This document shows, in pieces, positions 46,522 to 55,609 of a DNA stretch of 64,000 nucleotides. Numbering within the stretch: the stretch's first letter is position 1; every line of letters starts with the position of its first letter. Origin of the DNA: SAR86 cluster bacterium (lineage in GTDB: Bacteria > Pseudomonadota > Gammaproteobacteria > Magnimaribacterales > D2472); assembly GCA_003331545.1 (NCBI GenBank), contig QOPC01000002.1, forward strand, positions 14,518 to 78,517, in the 5' to 3' direction. Under the pieces are notes generated by a model. It had not been told where the DNA came from, did no database searches, and was given only the letters and a program-made list of their open reading frames with translations. A program made the translations under genes and the position numbers.

Positions 46522-48603
46522 ATGAAACTTAGCAAATCTACAATTGGATTGATTGTTGTAACAATAATCTTTTATCTTTATGCAACTAACTCTCTAAGCA
46601 TTTTTCAAAGTGATTCAGCTTTGGAGGTTGTAGACTTTTCGATAGATAGACAAACAGAAACAAATATTGTGTCCTCTAAACCTGATCGGGTTCCTCTTTA
46701 TGGTGACTTGCATGTCCACACAAAATATTCTTTTGATGCATATATTTTTGGTGTGACTGCAACTCCATATGATGCATATAGATATGCGACTGGTGAGACC
46801 ATTAAGCATCCCTTAGGATTTGATATGAAATTAAAAGAACCTTTAGATTTTTATGCAGTTACTGATCATGGTTTTTATATGGGAATGATAGAAAACTATG
46901 CAGACACTTCATCAGAGATGTCTAAAAATGAATGGACCAAACCAATGCATAACCTTAATAGGCCTGAAAATGTAACGGTTGAATCTCTTGGTGCAAGAGC
47001 TGATCTATTTAGCTCTGTGTTAACACAAGCTATTATAAAACCTTACCCTTGGTGGCATCCAAATTATATTGGTGCGTGGTTAACTAATAATATTCAGTTA
47101 GCTCTTCAATCATTTGATTATGACGTGCACAAATCCGCTTGGGCAGACGTTGCAAATGCGGCCGAGGAATTCAATGATCCAGGGAAATTTACCACATTTA
47201 TTGGCTATGAATTCACAACTTCAACAGATGTGGAAGGTGGTAATTTACATAGAAATGTTATTTTTAATTCCTCGAATGCTCCAATCAGACCCTGGACCAG
47301 AATCGATTCAATAAACCCAGAAGATCTTTGGACATGGATGGATGGGTTAAGAGATAAAGGCGTTGATTCGTTAGCTATGCCTCACAATAGCAATGGTTCT
47401 AATGGTCAAATGTTTGAAGTAGAAACCTTTAGAGGCAATCCAACCAGCATAGAGTATGCTGAAAAGCGAATGAGAAATGAGCCAGTTGTTGAAGTAACGC
47501 AAGTTAAAGGTACATCTGACACACATCCACTCCTTTCCCCAGATGACGAATGGGCAGATTTTGAAATCATGGATAAAAGAGTTGGTAGCAGGCCACCAAC
47601 ATACAGCATGCCTCAAGGAGGCTATGTTAGGGATGCATATTTAAGAGGTTTAACTTTAGATTGGGAAGGTCGAGGAAATCCTTATAAATTCGGGCTGATT
47701 GGCTCAAGCGATACACATACTGGTGCTGGAGGTTTTGATGAAGACAATTATTGGTCTAAGGCTGGAGTGCTAGATGGGACTGATATGGGAAGAGGAAGTG
47801 TGCCATTAACACAAGATCGAATCGATCAACTTAATGAATATGCTGATCTCTATGATCAACCCATAAGCATTAAAGAAATTGATGGAAGAACTTATGCAGA
47901 TGTTGGATTTGATCAATGGAGTGCATCAGGGTTAGCTGTAGCTTGGGCAGAAGAGAATACTCGAGATTCCATTTTTCAAGCCTTTAAAAGAAAAGAAACA
48001 TTTGCAACAACTGGAACTAGAATGGCTGTAAGGTTCTTTGCTGGTTTTGATATGGATTCAATAGATTTAAATTCTGAAGATATGGTAAGTAATGCCTATG
48101 AAAAAGGCGTTACTATGGGCGCCGACCTATTTAGCCAAAATAATCAAACACCACAGTTTTTAGTATGGGCTCAGCGCGATAAATTAGGGGCTCCCCTTCA
48201 AAGAGTGCAAATAATTAAAGGCTGGGTTGAGAATGCATCAGGAACTCCAAAAGAAAAAGTTTATGATGTGGCGTGTTCAGATGGTCTGTCAGTAGATCCC
48301 TTGACTAATCGTTGTCCTGATAATGGTGCTCGAGTAAATATTAGTGATTGTTCTATTTCTAATGATGTTGGAGCTGGAGAGTTAAAAACTACTTGGACAG
48401 ATCCTGATTTTGATCCAACTGTGAAGGCTTTTTATTATGTACGAGTTTTAGAGAATCCAAGTTGTAGATGGTCTACATGGGATGCACTTAAGGCTGGAGT
48501 TTCACCAAGGCCTGATCTTCATAAGACAATTCAAGAACGTGCATGGTCCTCTCCTATCTGGTATATACCAGAGTCGAGTGAACTAAATATAATTCCGTTA
48601 TAA
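46522..48603 (+). CDS. Exported DUF3604-type (PHP-like putative metallohydrolase), paralogue 2
   Basis: 693 aa. N-terminal hydrophobic signal/anchor (IGLIVVTIIFYLYA). It has the same motif ladder as paralogue 1 (GDLHVHTKYSFDAY, DFYAVTDHG, NLHRNVIF, MPHNSN, QVKGTSDTHP, GLIGSSDTH) and the same 4-Cys C-terminal module. By eye it is roughly half identical to paralogue 1 over the alignable blocks. Confidence 0.7.
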   Translation: MKLSKSTIGLIVVTIIFYLYATNSLSIFQSDSALEVVDFSIDRQTETNIVSSKPDRVPLYGDLHVHTKYSFDAYIFGVTATPYDAYRYATGETIKHPLGFDMKLKEPLDFYAVTDHGFYMGMIENYADTSSEMSKNEWTKPMHNLNRPENVTVESLGARADLFSSVLTQAIIKPYPWWHPNYIGAWLTNNIQLALQSFDYDVHKSAWADVANAAEEFNDPGKFTTFIGYEFTTSTDVEGGNLHRNVIFNSSNAPIRPWTRIDSINPEDLWTWMDGLRDKGVDSLAMPHNSNGSNGQMFEVETFRGNPTSIEYAEKRMRNEPVVEVTQVKGTSDTHPLLSPDDEWADFEIMDKRVGSRPPTYSMPQGGYVRDAYLRGLTLDWEGRGNPYKFGLIGSSDTHTGAGGFDEDNYWSKAGVLDGTDMGRGSVPLTQDRIDQLNEYADLYDQPISIKEIDGRTYADVGFDQWSASGLAVAWAEENTRDSIFQAFKRKETFATTGTRMAVRFFAGFDMDSIDLNSEDMVSNAYEKGVTMGADLFSQNNQTPQFLVWAQRDKLGAPLQRVQIIKGWVENASGTPKEKVYDVACSDGLSVDPLTNRCPDNGARVNISDCSISNDVGAGELKTTWTDPDFDPTVKAFYYVRVLENPSCRWSTWDALKAGVSPRPDLHKTIQERAWSSPIWYIPESSELNIIPL

Positions 48604-48619
48604 ATTTTAGGAAACTGAG

Positions 48620-49423
48620 GTGAATCTTAGAATAGTTGTATTTTTTGCAATTGGACTATTAATTTTTTTCCTTGATATTGCATTCAATTCCGAGCAAAAC
48701 TCAAAAGACATTTATCTTTCAGACCAAGAGTTATCTAGCCTTCTTACAGCATGGCAATCACAAGTTGGTAGGCCTCCAAGCGATGAAGAAATAGCAAATA
48801 TCATTAACAACTTTGTTCAAGAAGAGATTCTATATAGAGAAGCATTACTCTTAGATTTAGATCAAGAAGATCGAATAATTAAAAGAAGATTGGCGCAAAA
48901 AATTACTTTCTTAAAACAAGAAACAATTCCAGATGATCCATCGCAAGAAGAATTAGAAAAATTTTTTGAGCAAAATAAAAAAAACTACTATGTTCCAGCA
49001 ACATACTCTTTCTCTCATCACTATTTTTCTAAAGAATCTAATGCCAAAGAAAGGGCTGTGAAGGCTTTTAATGATTACCAAGCCAATCAAGCTGAATTAA
49101 CAGGCGATCCCTTTTTTCTAGGAAAAAATTTTTATCAAAGTAGCTCAAATGACATAAAGAAAAATTTCGGTGAGTTATTCTTTGTAGCTATTAAAAACCT
49201 TACTTTAAATGAGTGGTCTGGACCTCATGAATCTGCTTTTGGACAGCACATCATTAAATTGAAAGAAGTTAAAACTGGATTTTACCCTTCTCTAGAACAA
49301 GTGCTGTTAAAAGTTCAACAAGATTATCTTTCGCAGTCTCAAGATAAAGCAGTTGCTGAATATATCAATGAAATCAGATCTCAATACAGAGTAATAATTA
49401 ATCCAAATTATAAGTTCAAATGA
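48620..49423 (+). CDS. Membrane-anchored PpiC/Rotamase-type peptidyl-prolyl isomerase-like protein (GTG start)
   Basis: 267 aa. N-terminal TM helix. GDPFFLG and the parvulin-like WSGPHESAFGQHIIKLKEV block. Confidence 0.62.
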   Translation: MNLRIVVFFAIGLLIFFLDIAFNSEQNSKDIYLSDQELSSLLTAWQSQVGRPPSDEEIANIINNFVQEEILYREALLLDLDQEDRIIKRRLAQKITFLKQETIPDDPSQEELEKFFEQNKKNYYVPATYSFSHHYFSKESNAKERAVKAFNDYQANQAELTGDPFFLGKNFYQSSSNDIKKNFGELFFVAIKNLTLNEWSGPHESAFGQHIIKLKEVKTGFYPSLEQVLLKVQQDYLSQSQDKAVAEYINEIRSQYRVIINPNYKFK

Positions 49424-50373
49424 CTTATAAGCTTGCTAAAACATTAGTAATACTATTTTGTTCAACTGTACTTTTCTCTCATGAATTTAATCCAGCTCAC
49501 TTAGTCATAAATGAGCTAAATGAAAATGAATACCAAGTTAGTTGGATGTACCCTATTAAAAATATTGGTGCTAGAGCAGAAGTTTTTTTTCCTGAGAGTT
49601 GCGATAGAAAGAGCCAATTACCAAGTCAGAAGGGAAAATATCTAGTTGAAAAAATATTGTTAAATTGTGAAAGCTCCCTAAAAGGTCAAATGATTTCAGT
49701 CAATAATCTGAGTGTGCTCACAGATGCATTGATAACGATAACTCACTCTAATGGCGAGGTGTTTGAAGGGTTGATGAACCTCAAGAGATCATCGATAGAG
49801 ATTCCATTAAAAGAGCAAGTCTACCCCATTGGATACTTCACGTTAGGTATTGATCATTTATTAAGTGGCAATGACCACATTCTCTTCATCCTAGGATTAC
49901 TTTTTTTGATTTCTGGATTTTTTAATGCAGTTAAAACAATTACAGCTTTCACTCTTGCTCACAGTATTACCTTGGGCTTATCAGTGTTTGAGTTAGTTTC
50001 ACTGCCTCAAGCTACCGTCGAAGCTATTATCGCACTTACTATCATTTTTCTTGCATTAGAGGTAAGTGAAAATAAAAAATATAAGGCTACGCCCTGGCTC
50101 ATTGCATTTGGCTTTGGATTGCTGCATGGACTAGGCTTTGCTAATGCCCTAACGGGAATTGGTATTGGGAATGAGCAGCTATTACTTTCTTTGCTGTTCT
50201 TTAATTTGGGTATTGAAGCTGGTCAGCTTATGTTAGTTCCAATATTTGGATCAGTAATCTGGCTGGCTCATAAATTTAACTTCTATAAGCAATCTGCTAC
50301 CCTCACCTCATTGATTTTAGGTGGCATGGGTTTTTTCTGGCTTATCGATAGAGTTACTGGAATCTTGGGGTAA
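49420..50373 (+). CDS. HupE/UreJ-family membrane protein (HupE_UreJ_2-like) with N-terminal periplasmic extension
   Basis: 317 aa. Signal peptide, then HEFNPAH. The C-terminal half has 5-6 TM helices with the GIDHLLSGNDHILFILGLL signature. ATGA overlap with the upstream gene. Confidence 0.68.
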   Translation: MTYKLAKTLVILFCSTVLFSHEFNPAHLVINELNENEYQVSWMYPIKNIGARAEVFFPESCDRKSQLPSQKGKYLVEKILLNCESSLKGQMISVNNLSVLTDALITITHSNGEVFEGLMNLKRSSIEIPLKEQVYPIGYFTLGIDHLLSGNDHILFILGLLFLISGFFNAVKTITAFTLAHSITLGLSVFELVSLPQATVEAIIALTIIFLALEVSENKKYKATPWLIAFGFGLLHGLGFANALTGIGIGNEQLLLSLLFFNLGIEAGQLMLVPIFGSVIWLAHKFNFYKQSATLTSLILGGMGFFWLIDRVTGILG

Positions 50374-50389
50374 AAACTAAACTGTATAA

Positions 50390-51358
50390 TTAGAAATTAC
50401 CTAATCTCTTTCCAATAATTGCATCCGCTTCGTTCATGATCCCGTCGATTAACTCTTGTACTGTTGGAATATCGTTGACTAATCCAGCAACCATTCCACA
50501 AGACCAAGCCCCAACTTCCATTGTGCCCTCATGCATGATTTTTGGATAAACACCGGCAACCTCATCAGCAATATCTTGAAAAGTTAGCTGATCTCCTAAT
50601 GCAGCTTCTTTTTCCATAAGGCGTTCTACGGCTTCATTATTTAATACTCTTTCAGTATTTCTCAGAGAACGCATAATTAATCTGGTATCTAATTCAGATG
50701 CATTCACGATTGAATCCTTAACATTTTGATGAACAGGAGCTTCTTGAGTAGCTATAAATCTAGTGCCCATATTCATGCCCTCTGCTCCAAGAGCCATGGC
50801 TGCAACTAAACTTCTCGCATCAGCCATTCCACCAGAGGCAACAAATGGGATTTCAAGTTCATCAGCAGCTCTTGGTAGAAGAATAAAATTAGGAATGTCA
50901 TCTTCTCCAGGATGCCCGCCACACTCAAAACCATCTACTGAAACTGCATCACAACCAATTGATTGAGCTTTTAAAGAATGTCTTACTGAGGTGCATTTAT
51001 GAATCACCTTGATACCAGCTTCTTTAAGAGCTGGTAAATACTCAGCAGGGTTTCTACCAGCTGTTTCAACAATTGGAACATCTCCACCAATAATTACATC
51101 TACCAATCCTGGATAATCTGGAGGGGTTAAGGAAGGTAAAAAAGTGAGATTCACGGCAAAGGGTTTATCGGTCATCTCCTTGCAACGAGCTATCTCATTG
51201 GCAAGCTTTTCAGGGGTTCCTTGCGTTAAACCAGTAATTGTTCCAAGCCCGCCTGCATTTGATACTGCTGCAGCCAGCTCAGCAAAGCCAACATGATGCA
51301 TCCCGCCCTGAATAATGGGGTGCTTAATACCAAATAATTCTGTAATTTTAGTTTTCAT
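50390..51358 (-). CDS. NAD(P)H-dependent flavin oxidoreductase, nitronate monooxygenase/FabK-like (NMO family)
   Basis: 322 aa. Motifs KHPIIQGGMHHVGFAELAAAVSNAGGLG and GAEGMNMGTRF. Confidence 0.85.
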   Translation of the reverse strand: MKTKITELFGIKHPIIQGGMHHVGFAELAAAVSNAGGLGTITGLTQGTPEKLANEIARCKEMTDKPFAVNLTFLPSLTPPDYPGLVDVIIGGDVPIVETAGRNPAEYLPALKEAGIKVIHKCTSVRHSLKAQSIGCDAVSVDGFECGGHPGEDDIPNFILLPRAADELEIPFVASGGMADARSLVAAMALGAEGMNMGTRFIATQEAPVHQNVKDSIVNASELDTRLIMRSLRNTERVLNNEAVERLMEKEAALGDQLTFQDIADEVAGVYPKIMHEGTMEVGAWSCGMVAGLVNDIPTVQELIDGIMNEADAIIGKRLGNF

Positions 51359-51370
51359 AGTCTCTCCTCT

Positions 51371-52159
51371 TTATTTCATGTCTACAGGGGTTAAAAAATC
51401 TTCATATTGTTTTTGCAGCCTTTGCATTCCTGAAATCCATCGATCTCTGTCGTTACCTTTTCTTGCAACATATTCAGCCACTTCTGTATGCGGAAGTACT
51501 AAAAATTTTTCTTCTGCAATACATCTTAAAACTTCTTGCGCAACCACATCTGGTTCCATCATCCCATCAACTCCCGCAACACCTGGACCCTGAGCGGTCA
51601 TTGCAGTTCTCACTGCTTGAGGACATAAACATGAAACACCTATACCCTTTTCACCATAGGTAATTTTAATCCATTCAGCAAAACTTACTGCAGCTGCTTT
51701 AGTGACTGAATAGCCTGCTGCGCCTAACTGAGTTAAAAGGCCAGCTGCAGAAGATGTATTTACCAAATAGCCTTCTCCCCTTTCGATCATTTGAGGGAGG
51801 ACATGCTTGGCTGCAAAGATATGAGATTGGACATTCACATCCCAAATATTTTGCCAATCAGATGCATTTACTTCAAAAAATCCTGGCACACCTCCAATAC
51901 CAGCATTTGAGCAATAAATGTCTATTCCTCCAGCATGCTCATCTGACTTTTCAATAATGTTAATAGTATCTTCCTCACTACCGACATTAGCTTTAATTGC
52001 AATCCCATTAACTGAATCAGCTGTTTCTTGCGCTCCATCTAAATTAATATCCACGGCTACTATGGATTGAGCTTTAGCCTCATGAAAAGCTTCACAAAGA
52101 GCTTTTCCAATTCCACTAGCTGCACCAGTAACAACAATCCTTTTATTTTTTACATCCAT
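51371..52159 (-). CDS. Short-chain dehydrogenase/reductase
   Basis: 262 aa. TGAASGIGKA, NAG, and YSVTK (YxxxK). TAATG overlap with the upstream gene. Confidence 0.88.
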   Translation of the reverse strand: MDVKNKRIVVTGAASGIGKALCEAFHEAKAQSIVAVDINLDGAQETADSVNGIAIKANVGSEEDTINIIEKSDEHAGGIDIYCSNAGIGGVPGFFEVNASDWQNIWDVNVQSHIFAAKHVLPQMIERGEGYLVNTSSAAGLLTQLGAAGYSVTKAAAVSFAEWIKITYGEKGIGVSCLCPQAVRTAMTAQGPGVAGVDGMMEPDVVAQEVLRCIAEEKFLVLPHTEVAEYVARKGNDRDRWISGMQRLQKQYEDFLTPVDMK

Positions 52160-53211
52160 TAATTTATCTCAGTGATTATTATTTCATCTGAGTCTAATGG
52201 CAAAACAGCCATAGTTCCATCATTTGCTGAAGTCCAATCTGTTCTAATTTCATTTACGCCTCTATAAAACATTCTCTCCATGACGCCGATTCTCGGCGCA
52301 GGAGTTAAATGATAGAAAATTAAATGGTCAACATTTGCTAAATTAGCTGCCTTGGCAGCATCAATTGGAGTTGTATGATAACTCTCTATATCATTCAATA
52401 TTTTTAAAAGACCTTTATTAGAAGACAAAGCTTCTTTCATTATTTCCAATTGATGATTCGCCTGTGCCTCATGAAATAGTACATCTGCATCTTGAGCATT
52501 TTTTATTAAGTTTTCACTATAAGATGTGTCTCCGCTAATAACTATCGACCTGCCTCCATACTCAAAGCGATAGCCTAGGGCAGGCTCAATTGGCTCATGT
52601 GTTACCTGAAAGGCTGTTACTATTAAACCGTTTTCATTAATGATTACTGAACTATTTAAATCAATAGTATGTGGGGTAAAACCAGCAATATTTATCGGAG
52701 CAATTTCATCTCCATGATGCTCATTTCTAAACTGATAATCTAACTTATAGGCATCTTCAAACCCATTAATTACTGACTCAACACCATTTGGGCCATAAAC
52801 ATCCATGGGTTTTGTTCGAGTGGAGTTAATCCATGTCATTAAATGCAAATCTGCAAGATCTGATATGTGATCAGAGTGAAGATGTGTTAACAAAGTAGCT
52901 CGAATTTTATTAGCATCAACTCTCCAATTATTCAGGTTTGCTGCACTGCCATCACCAATATCAACTACGTAATAATTACCGCCCGCATTAACTAGAATAC
53001 ATGTTTGTGCTCTTCCAGGAGATGGAATTGGAGATCGAGAGCCACAAACTAAAGCTGATAAAGAATCGTCATTAAGGTCTGCTGTGCTCGCCAATAAATT
53101 TTGAGCAACTACAGACATCAATCGGTCTTGAAAACTTGGTAATCTGATGAGAATAGAGATTAAGACAATAATGATTACAACGATTAAAAAAATGTACTTT
53201 ATTGTTTTCAT
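52159..53211 (-). CDS. Membrane-anchored MBL-fold metallohydrolase (RNase Z/beta-lactamase-like)
   Basis: HxHxDH motif (THLHSDHISD) with later His/Asp ligands. N-terminal TM helix. I start it at the ATG at 53211 (MKTIKYIF...), 4 nt after the upstream stop. The track ORF extends to 53247. Confidence 0.82.
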   Translation of the reverse strand: MKTIKYIFLIVVIIIVLISILIRLPSFQDRLMSVVAQNLLASTADLNDDSLSALVCGSRSPIPSPGRAQTCILVNAGGNYYVVDIGDGSAANLNNWRVDANKIRATLLTHLHSDHISDLADLHLMTWINSTRTKPMDVYGPNGVESVINGFEDAYKLDYQFRNEHHGDEIAPINIAGFTPHTIDLNSSVIINENGLIVTAFQVTHEPIEPALGYRFEYGGRSIVISGDTSYSENLIKNAQDADVLFHEAQANHQLEIMKEALSSNKGLLKILNDIESYHTTPIDAAKAANLANVDHLIFYHLTPAPRIGVMERMFYRGVNEIRTDWTSANDGTMAVLPLDSDEIIITEIN

Positions 53212-53215
53212 AATT

Positions 53216-53608
53216 TTATGGCTCTTTTGAAATTCTCGATCCAGCAAAGATTAAAAACAATCCCACACTTATTTCAACAACAATCGCTGGCAAAACAAAT
53301 GGAGCTCCGTATATGGCAGTTGAAAGAGTTCTGAATAATGCTGCTACCAATAACAGCATTGATGGAGCATAAAACCAATGACGAGTTTGTGAAAGGGCTC
53401 CAATTAGTGTCATAGCGCCTACAGTTATGAAGAAACTTCCCATATCCCCAATTTGAGTGCTCAGCCCAACTCCCTCTAATAAGGGCATGCCCAATTGCGC
53501 TGCAATATTTGCAGGAGCAATAATCCACTGAAGTCCATTTATTAAAAATAAGGTCCCTAAAAGACCTGCGACCACTCTTAAGGTATTTTTCATTTTTTCT
53601 CCTTTCAA
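53216..53608 (-). CDS. Four-TM membrane protein, unknown function (possibly DUF4345-like)
   Basis: 130 aa with four hydrophobic helices. The family assignment is tentative and from memory of the size and topology only. Abuts the upstream gene with 0 nt spacing. Confidence 0.5.
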   Translation of the reverse strand: MKGEKMKNTLRVVAGLLGTLFLINGLQWIIAPANIAAQLGMPLLEGVGLSTQIGDMGSFFITVGAMTLIGALSQTRHWFYAPSMLLLVAALFRTLSTAIYGAPFVLPAIVVEISVGLFLIFAGSRISKEP

Positions 53609-54712
53609 CTATTTTATAAGATTAACAATAATGCCTTCATTTGGATTAATTTTTCCATCAACCATTTCTTCATAAGTGCTGATAAAATTTTCTAAACCAT
53701 GAATCTCTTTCACTTGCATCCAATTTTTACTTTGAAGTGCTCTAGAAGTCATGAACGAATTTGTTTTTTGCGCATAACCATCATGCCCCCAGTCCCCAAT
53801 TCGCTTTTGGATGTGAGCTGGCGCAAAAAAGAATTCAGTTCTATCTCTGAGCATTGCTTGGCCTAAAGCATCTTCTGCAGTGGTCTCGTTATCCCAATGA
53901 GTCATGCCCACAGTGAGGCACTTAAGCATGTTATCACCCAGCTCCCCATGGAGAGTTCCAAGAATTTCTCGATTACCAGCCATATCAACCATCACAGAAC
54001 CCATTAAATAATCTACATTACTAAGCTCATCGTAAGAGATAACTTCATCATAACAGCCAAGGTTTTCCACAAACTTTAAGTTTGATGAAGATGTAAGTCC
54101 AACTATTTTTGGTGTATTTTCAGTATCAGCTAAACCTTGAGCCAGACCAATGGCAGTTTTACTCGAAGCGCTAACTATAATTACTTGGGATGCTCCAAGG
54201 TATGAATCTTCGGCCAAAGAGTCGCATAAACAAAATGCTGTAATATGGAGTGGGAATAAAAGAGCTCTGACTGCATCCATGGATGGATCGTAATTTTGAT
54301 CTCCATTTAGCCTCACATAATTATTGTAAACCGGCGGGAGTTCTTTACGGTGTTCTTTGCCATCACTGAAACTTTGATCTGAGACTTTAATCGGACTTAA
54401 AGTTAATGAGTCAGAAGCTGGAAAATAGCCAAAGAGTCTTTCTCCGACATTCAAACCCTCAATATTTGAGTGGGTAATTTCAGCAAACCCCCACATAGGT
54501 ATGCAGCCCCATTCATTGTCTGCATTATTTTTAGCTGGAAAAAATTTCCAATAACCAATCGTATCTCCCGCGACGCCATAAGTGACGTTATTAGCTGTAA
54601 ATGCAAAGCTTTCAATCTTGACTGCAATCTCATCATCATGAATAGAAACTGAATCAGTATCTACAATTCTTGAATGAGTTAAATCAGATTTTAAAGTTTG
54701 AAATTGACTCAT
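53609..54712 (-). CDS. DUF2855-like protein (MDR/alcohol-dehydrogenase-like fold, unknown function)
   Basis: 367 aa. The N-terminal IAVKIESFAFTANNVTYGVAGDTIGYWKFFP block matches the pattern I recall for DUF2855. There is a Rossmann-like VIIVSASSKTAIGLA. Needs HMM confirmation. Confidence 0.55.
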   Translation of the reverse strand: MSQFQTLKSDLTHSRIVDTDSVSIHDDEIAVKIESFAFTANNVTYGVAGDTIGYWKFFPAKNNADNEWGCIPMWGFAEITHSNIEGLNVGERLFGYFPASDSLTLSPIKVSDQSFSDGKEHRKELPPVYNNYVRLNGDQNYDPSMDAVRALLFPLHITAFCLCDSLAEDSYLGASQVIIVSASSKTAIGLAQGLADTENTPKIVGLTSSSNLKFVENLGCYDEVISYDELSNVDYLMGSVMVDMAGNREILGTLHGELGDNMLKCLTVGMTHWDNETTAEDALGQAMLRDRTEFFFAPAHIQKRIGDWGHDGYAQKTNSFMTSRALQSKNWMQVKEIHGLENFISTYEEMVDGKINPNEGIIVNLIK

Positions 54713-54726
54713 AATATTTTCCTAAA

Positions 54727-55194
54727 TTATTTTTTTTGTATCAGCGAAAGAATAAAAAGAATTATCAAAACAAGAGTTACATAAGGAGCTCCAACTGCTC
54801 CAGGAGTAGCATCAACAGTATAAATTCCTTGAATAACTATGTCTTCTCTAATTAGAGGGTATCCAAATGTTCTAAAGCTCCACTCAAATAACCAAAATAA
54901 ATACATTAATGGAATGAGTGCTCTGTATCGAAAAATTACAACCCAGCAAACCAAACAAAATATTAACTGCACAAAACCCCAAAGAGAAAAAAATCTATAG
55001 ATCAGCAGCATAGGATCGGGATCACCTTCGATAGTTAAAAAATTTCCAATTTCATGAAATCCATATTTCTCAAAAAGCATATGAACGATTGACCGCCATG
55101 TCATTAGAAGTGTGAATAAAATAAATCCCCAAAAAGCAATCTTTTGGCCATTAAAATTATTATCAGCCACGGAAGGGAAAATTTTATTGAGCAC
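54727..55194 (-). CDS. Four-TM membrane protein, unknown function (GTG start)
   Basis: 155 aa, Trp/Phe-rich helices. GTG overlaps the upstream TAG by 1 nt, with SD GAAGGAG 9 nt upstream. Confidence 0.55.
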   Translation of the reverse strand: MLNKIFPSVADNNFNGQKIAFWGFILFTLLMTWRSIVHMLFEKYGFHEIGNFLTIEGDPDPMLLIYRFFSLWGFVQLIFCLVCWVVIFRYRALIPLMYLFWLFEWSFRTFGYPLIREDIVIQGIYTVDATPGAVGAPYVTLVLIILFILSLIQKK

Positions 55195-55607
55195 TAAATA
55201 GCTCCTTCTTTTGTTTCTATATTTAATTGCCCAAGAAGTCCTGCAGATCTATGTTTCTCACTCTCTTGATAATCTGAGCTCAGCATCATTTCAAGCATGG
55301 CTTTTCTACTTGGATATCTGGCGATTGCAACGGTATCCCAAAGATCTTCTACTTCACCAAGCATAAGTCGATTTACTTGACCACCAAAAATTAGCTCTCC
55401 ACCAACTTTTTTAAGATGCTCTTGGACTTCCATTGCATAAATTGCATATGCCTCTTCACCAGACAGCTCAGTATCTCTGCCATCTTCGTATTCAGCTTTT
55501 TCTTTAAATTTAAGAAGATTAACCATTGAAATTGGTGAATCAATATCACCCTCAAGAAACTCATTCATTTGAGTTTGATTAGGTGTGACCATGTTTTTAA
55601 CTTCCAT
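55194..55607 (-). CDS. DUF1330-like protein (dimeric alpha/beta-barrel type, unknown function)
   Basis: 137 aa. MVNLLKFK...VAIARYPSRKAMLEMMLSSDYQESEKHRSAGL resembles the DUF1330 pattern (..YPS.eA...fy.SpEYq). Confidence 0.5.
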   Translation of the reverse strand: MEVKNMVTPNQTQMNEFLEGDIDSPISMVNLLKFKEKAEYEDGRDTELSGEEAYAIYAMEVQEHLKKVGGELIFGGQVNRLMLGEVEDLWDTVAIARYPSRKAMLEMMLSSDYQESEKHRSAGLLGQLNIETKEGAI

Positions 55608-55609
55608 CT

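Noticed and set aside
53274-53528. 84-aa alternative-frame minus-strand ORF inside the 130-aa membrane-protein gene.
   Set aside because: The frame encoding four clean hydrophobic helices (53216..53608) is far more protein-like. The Cys/Ser-rich alternative has no start context.
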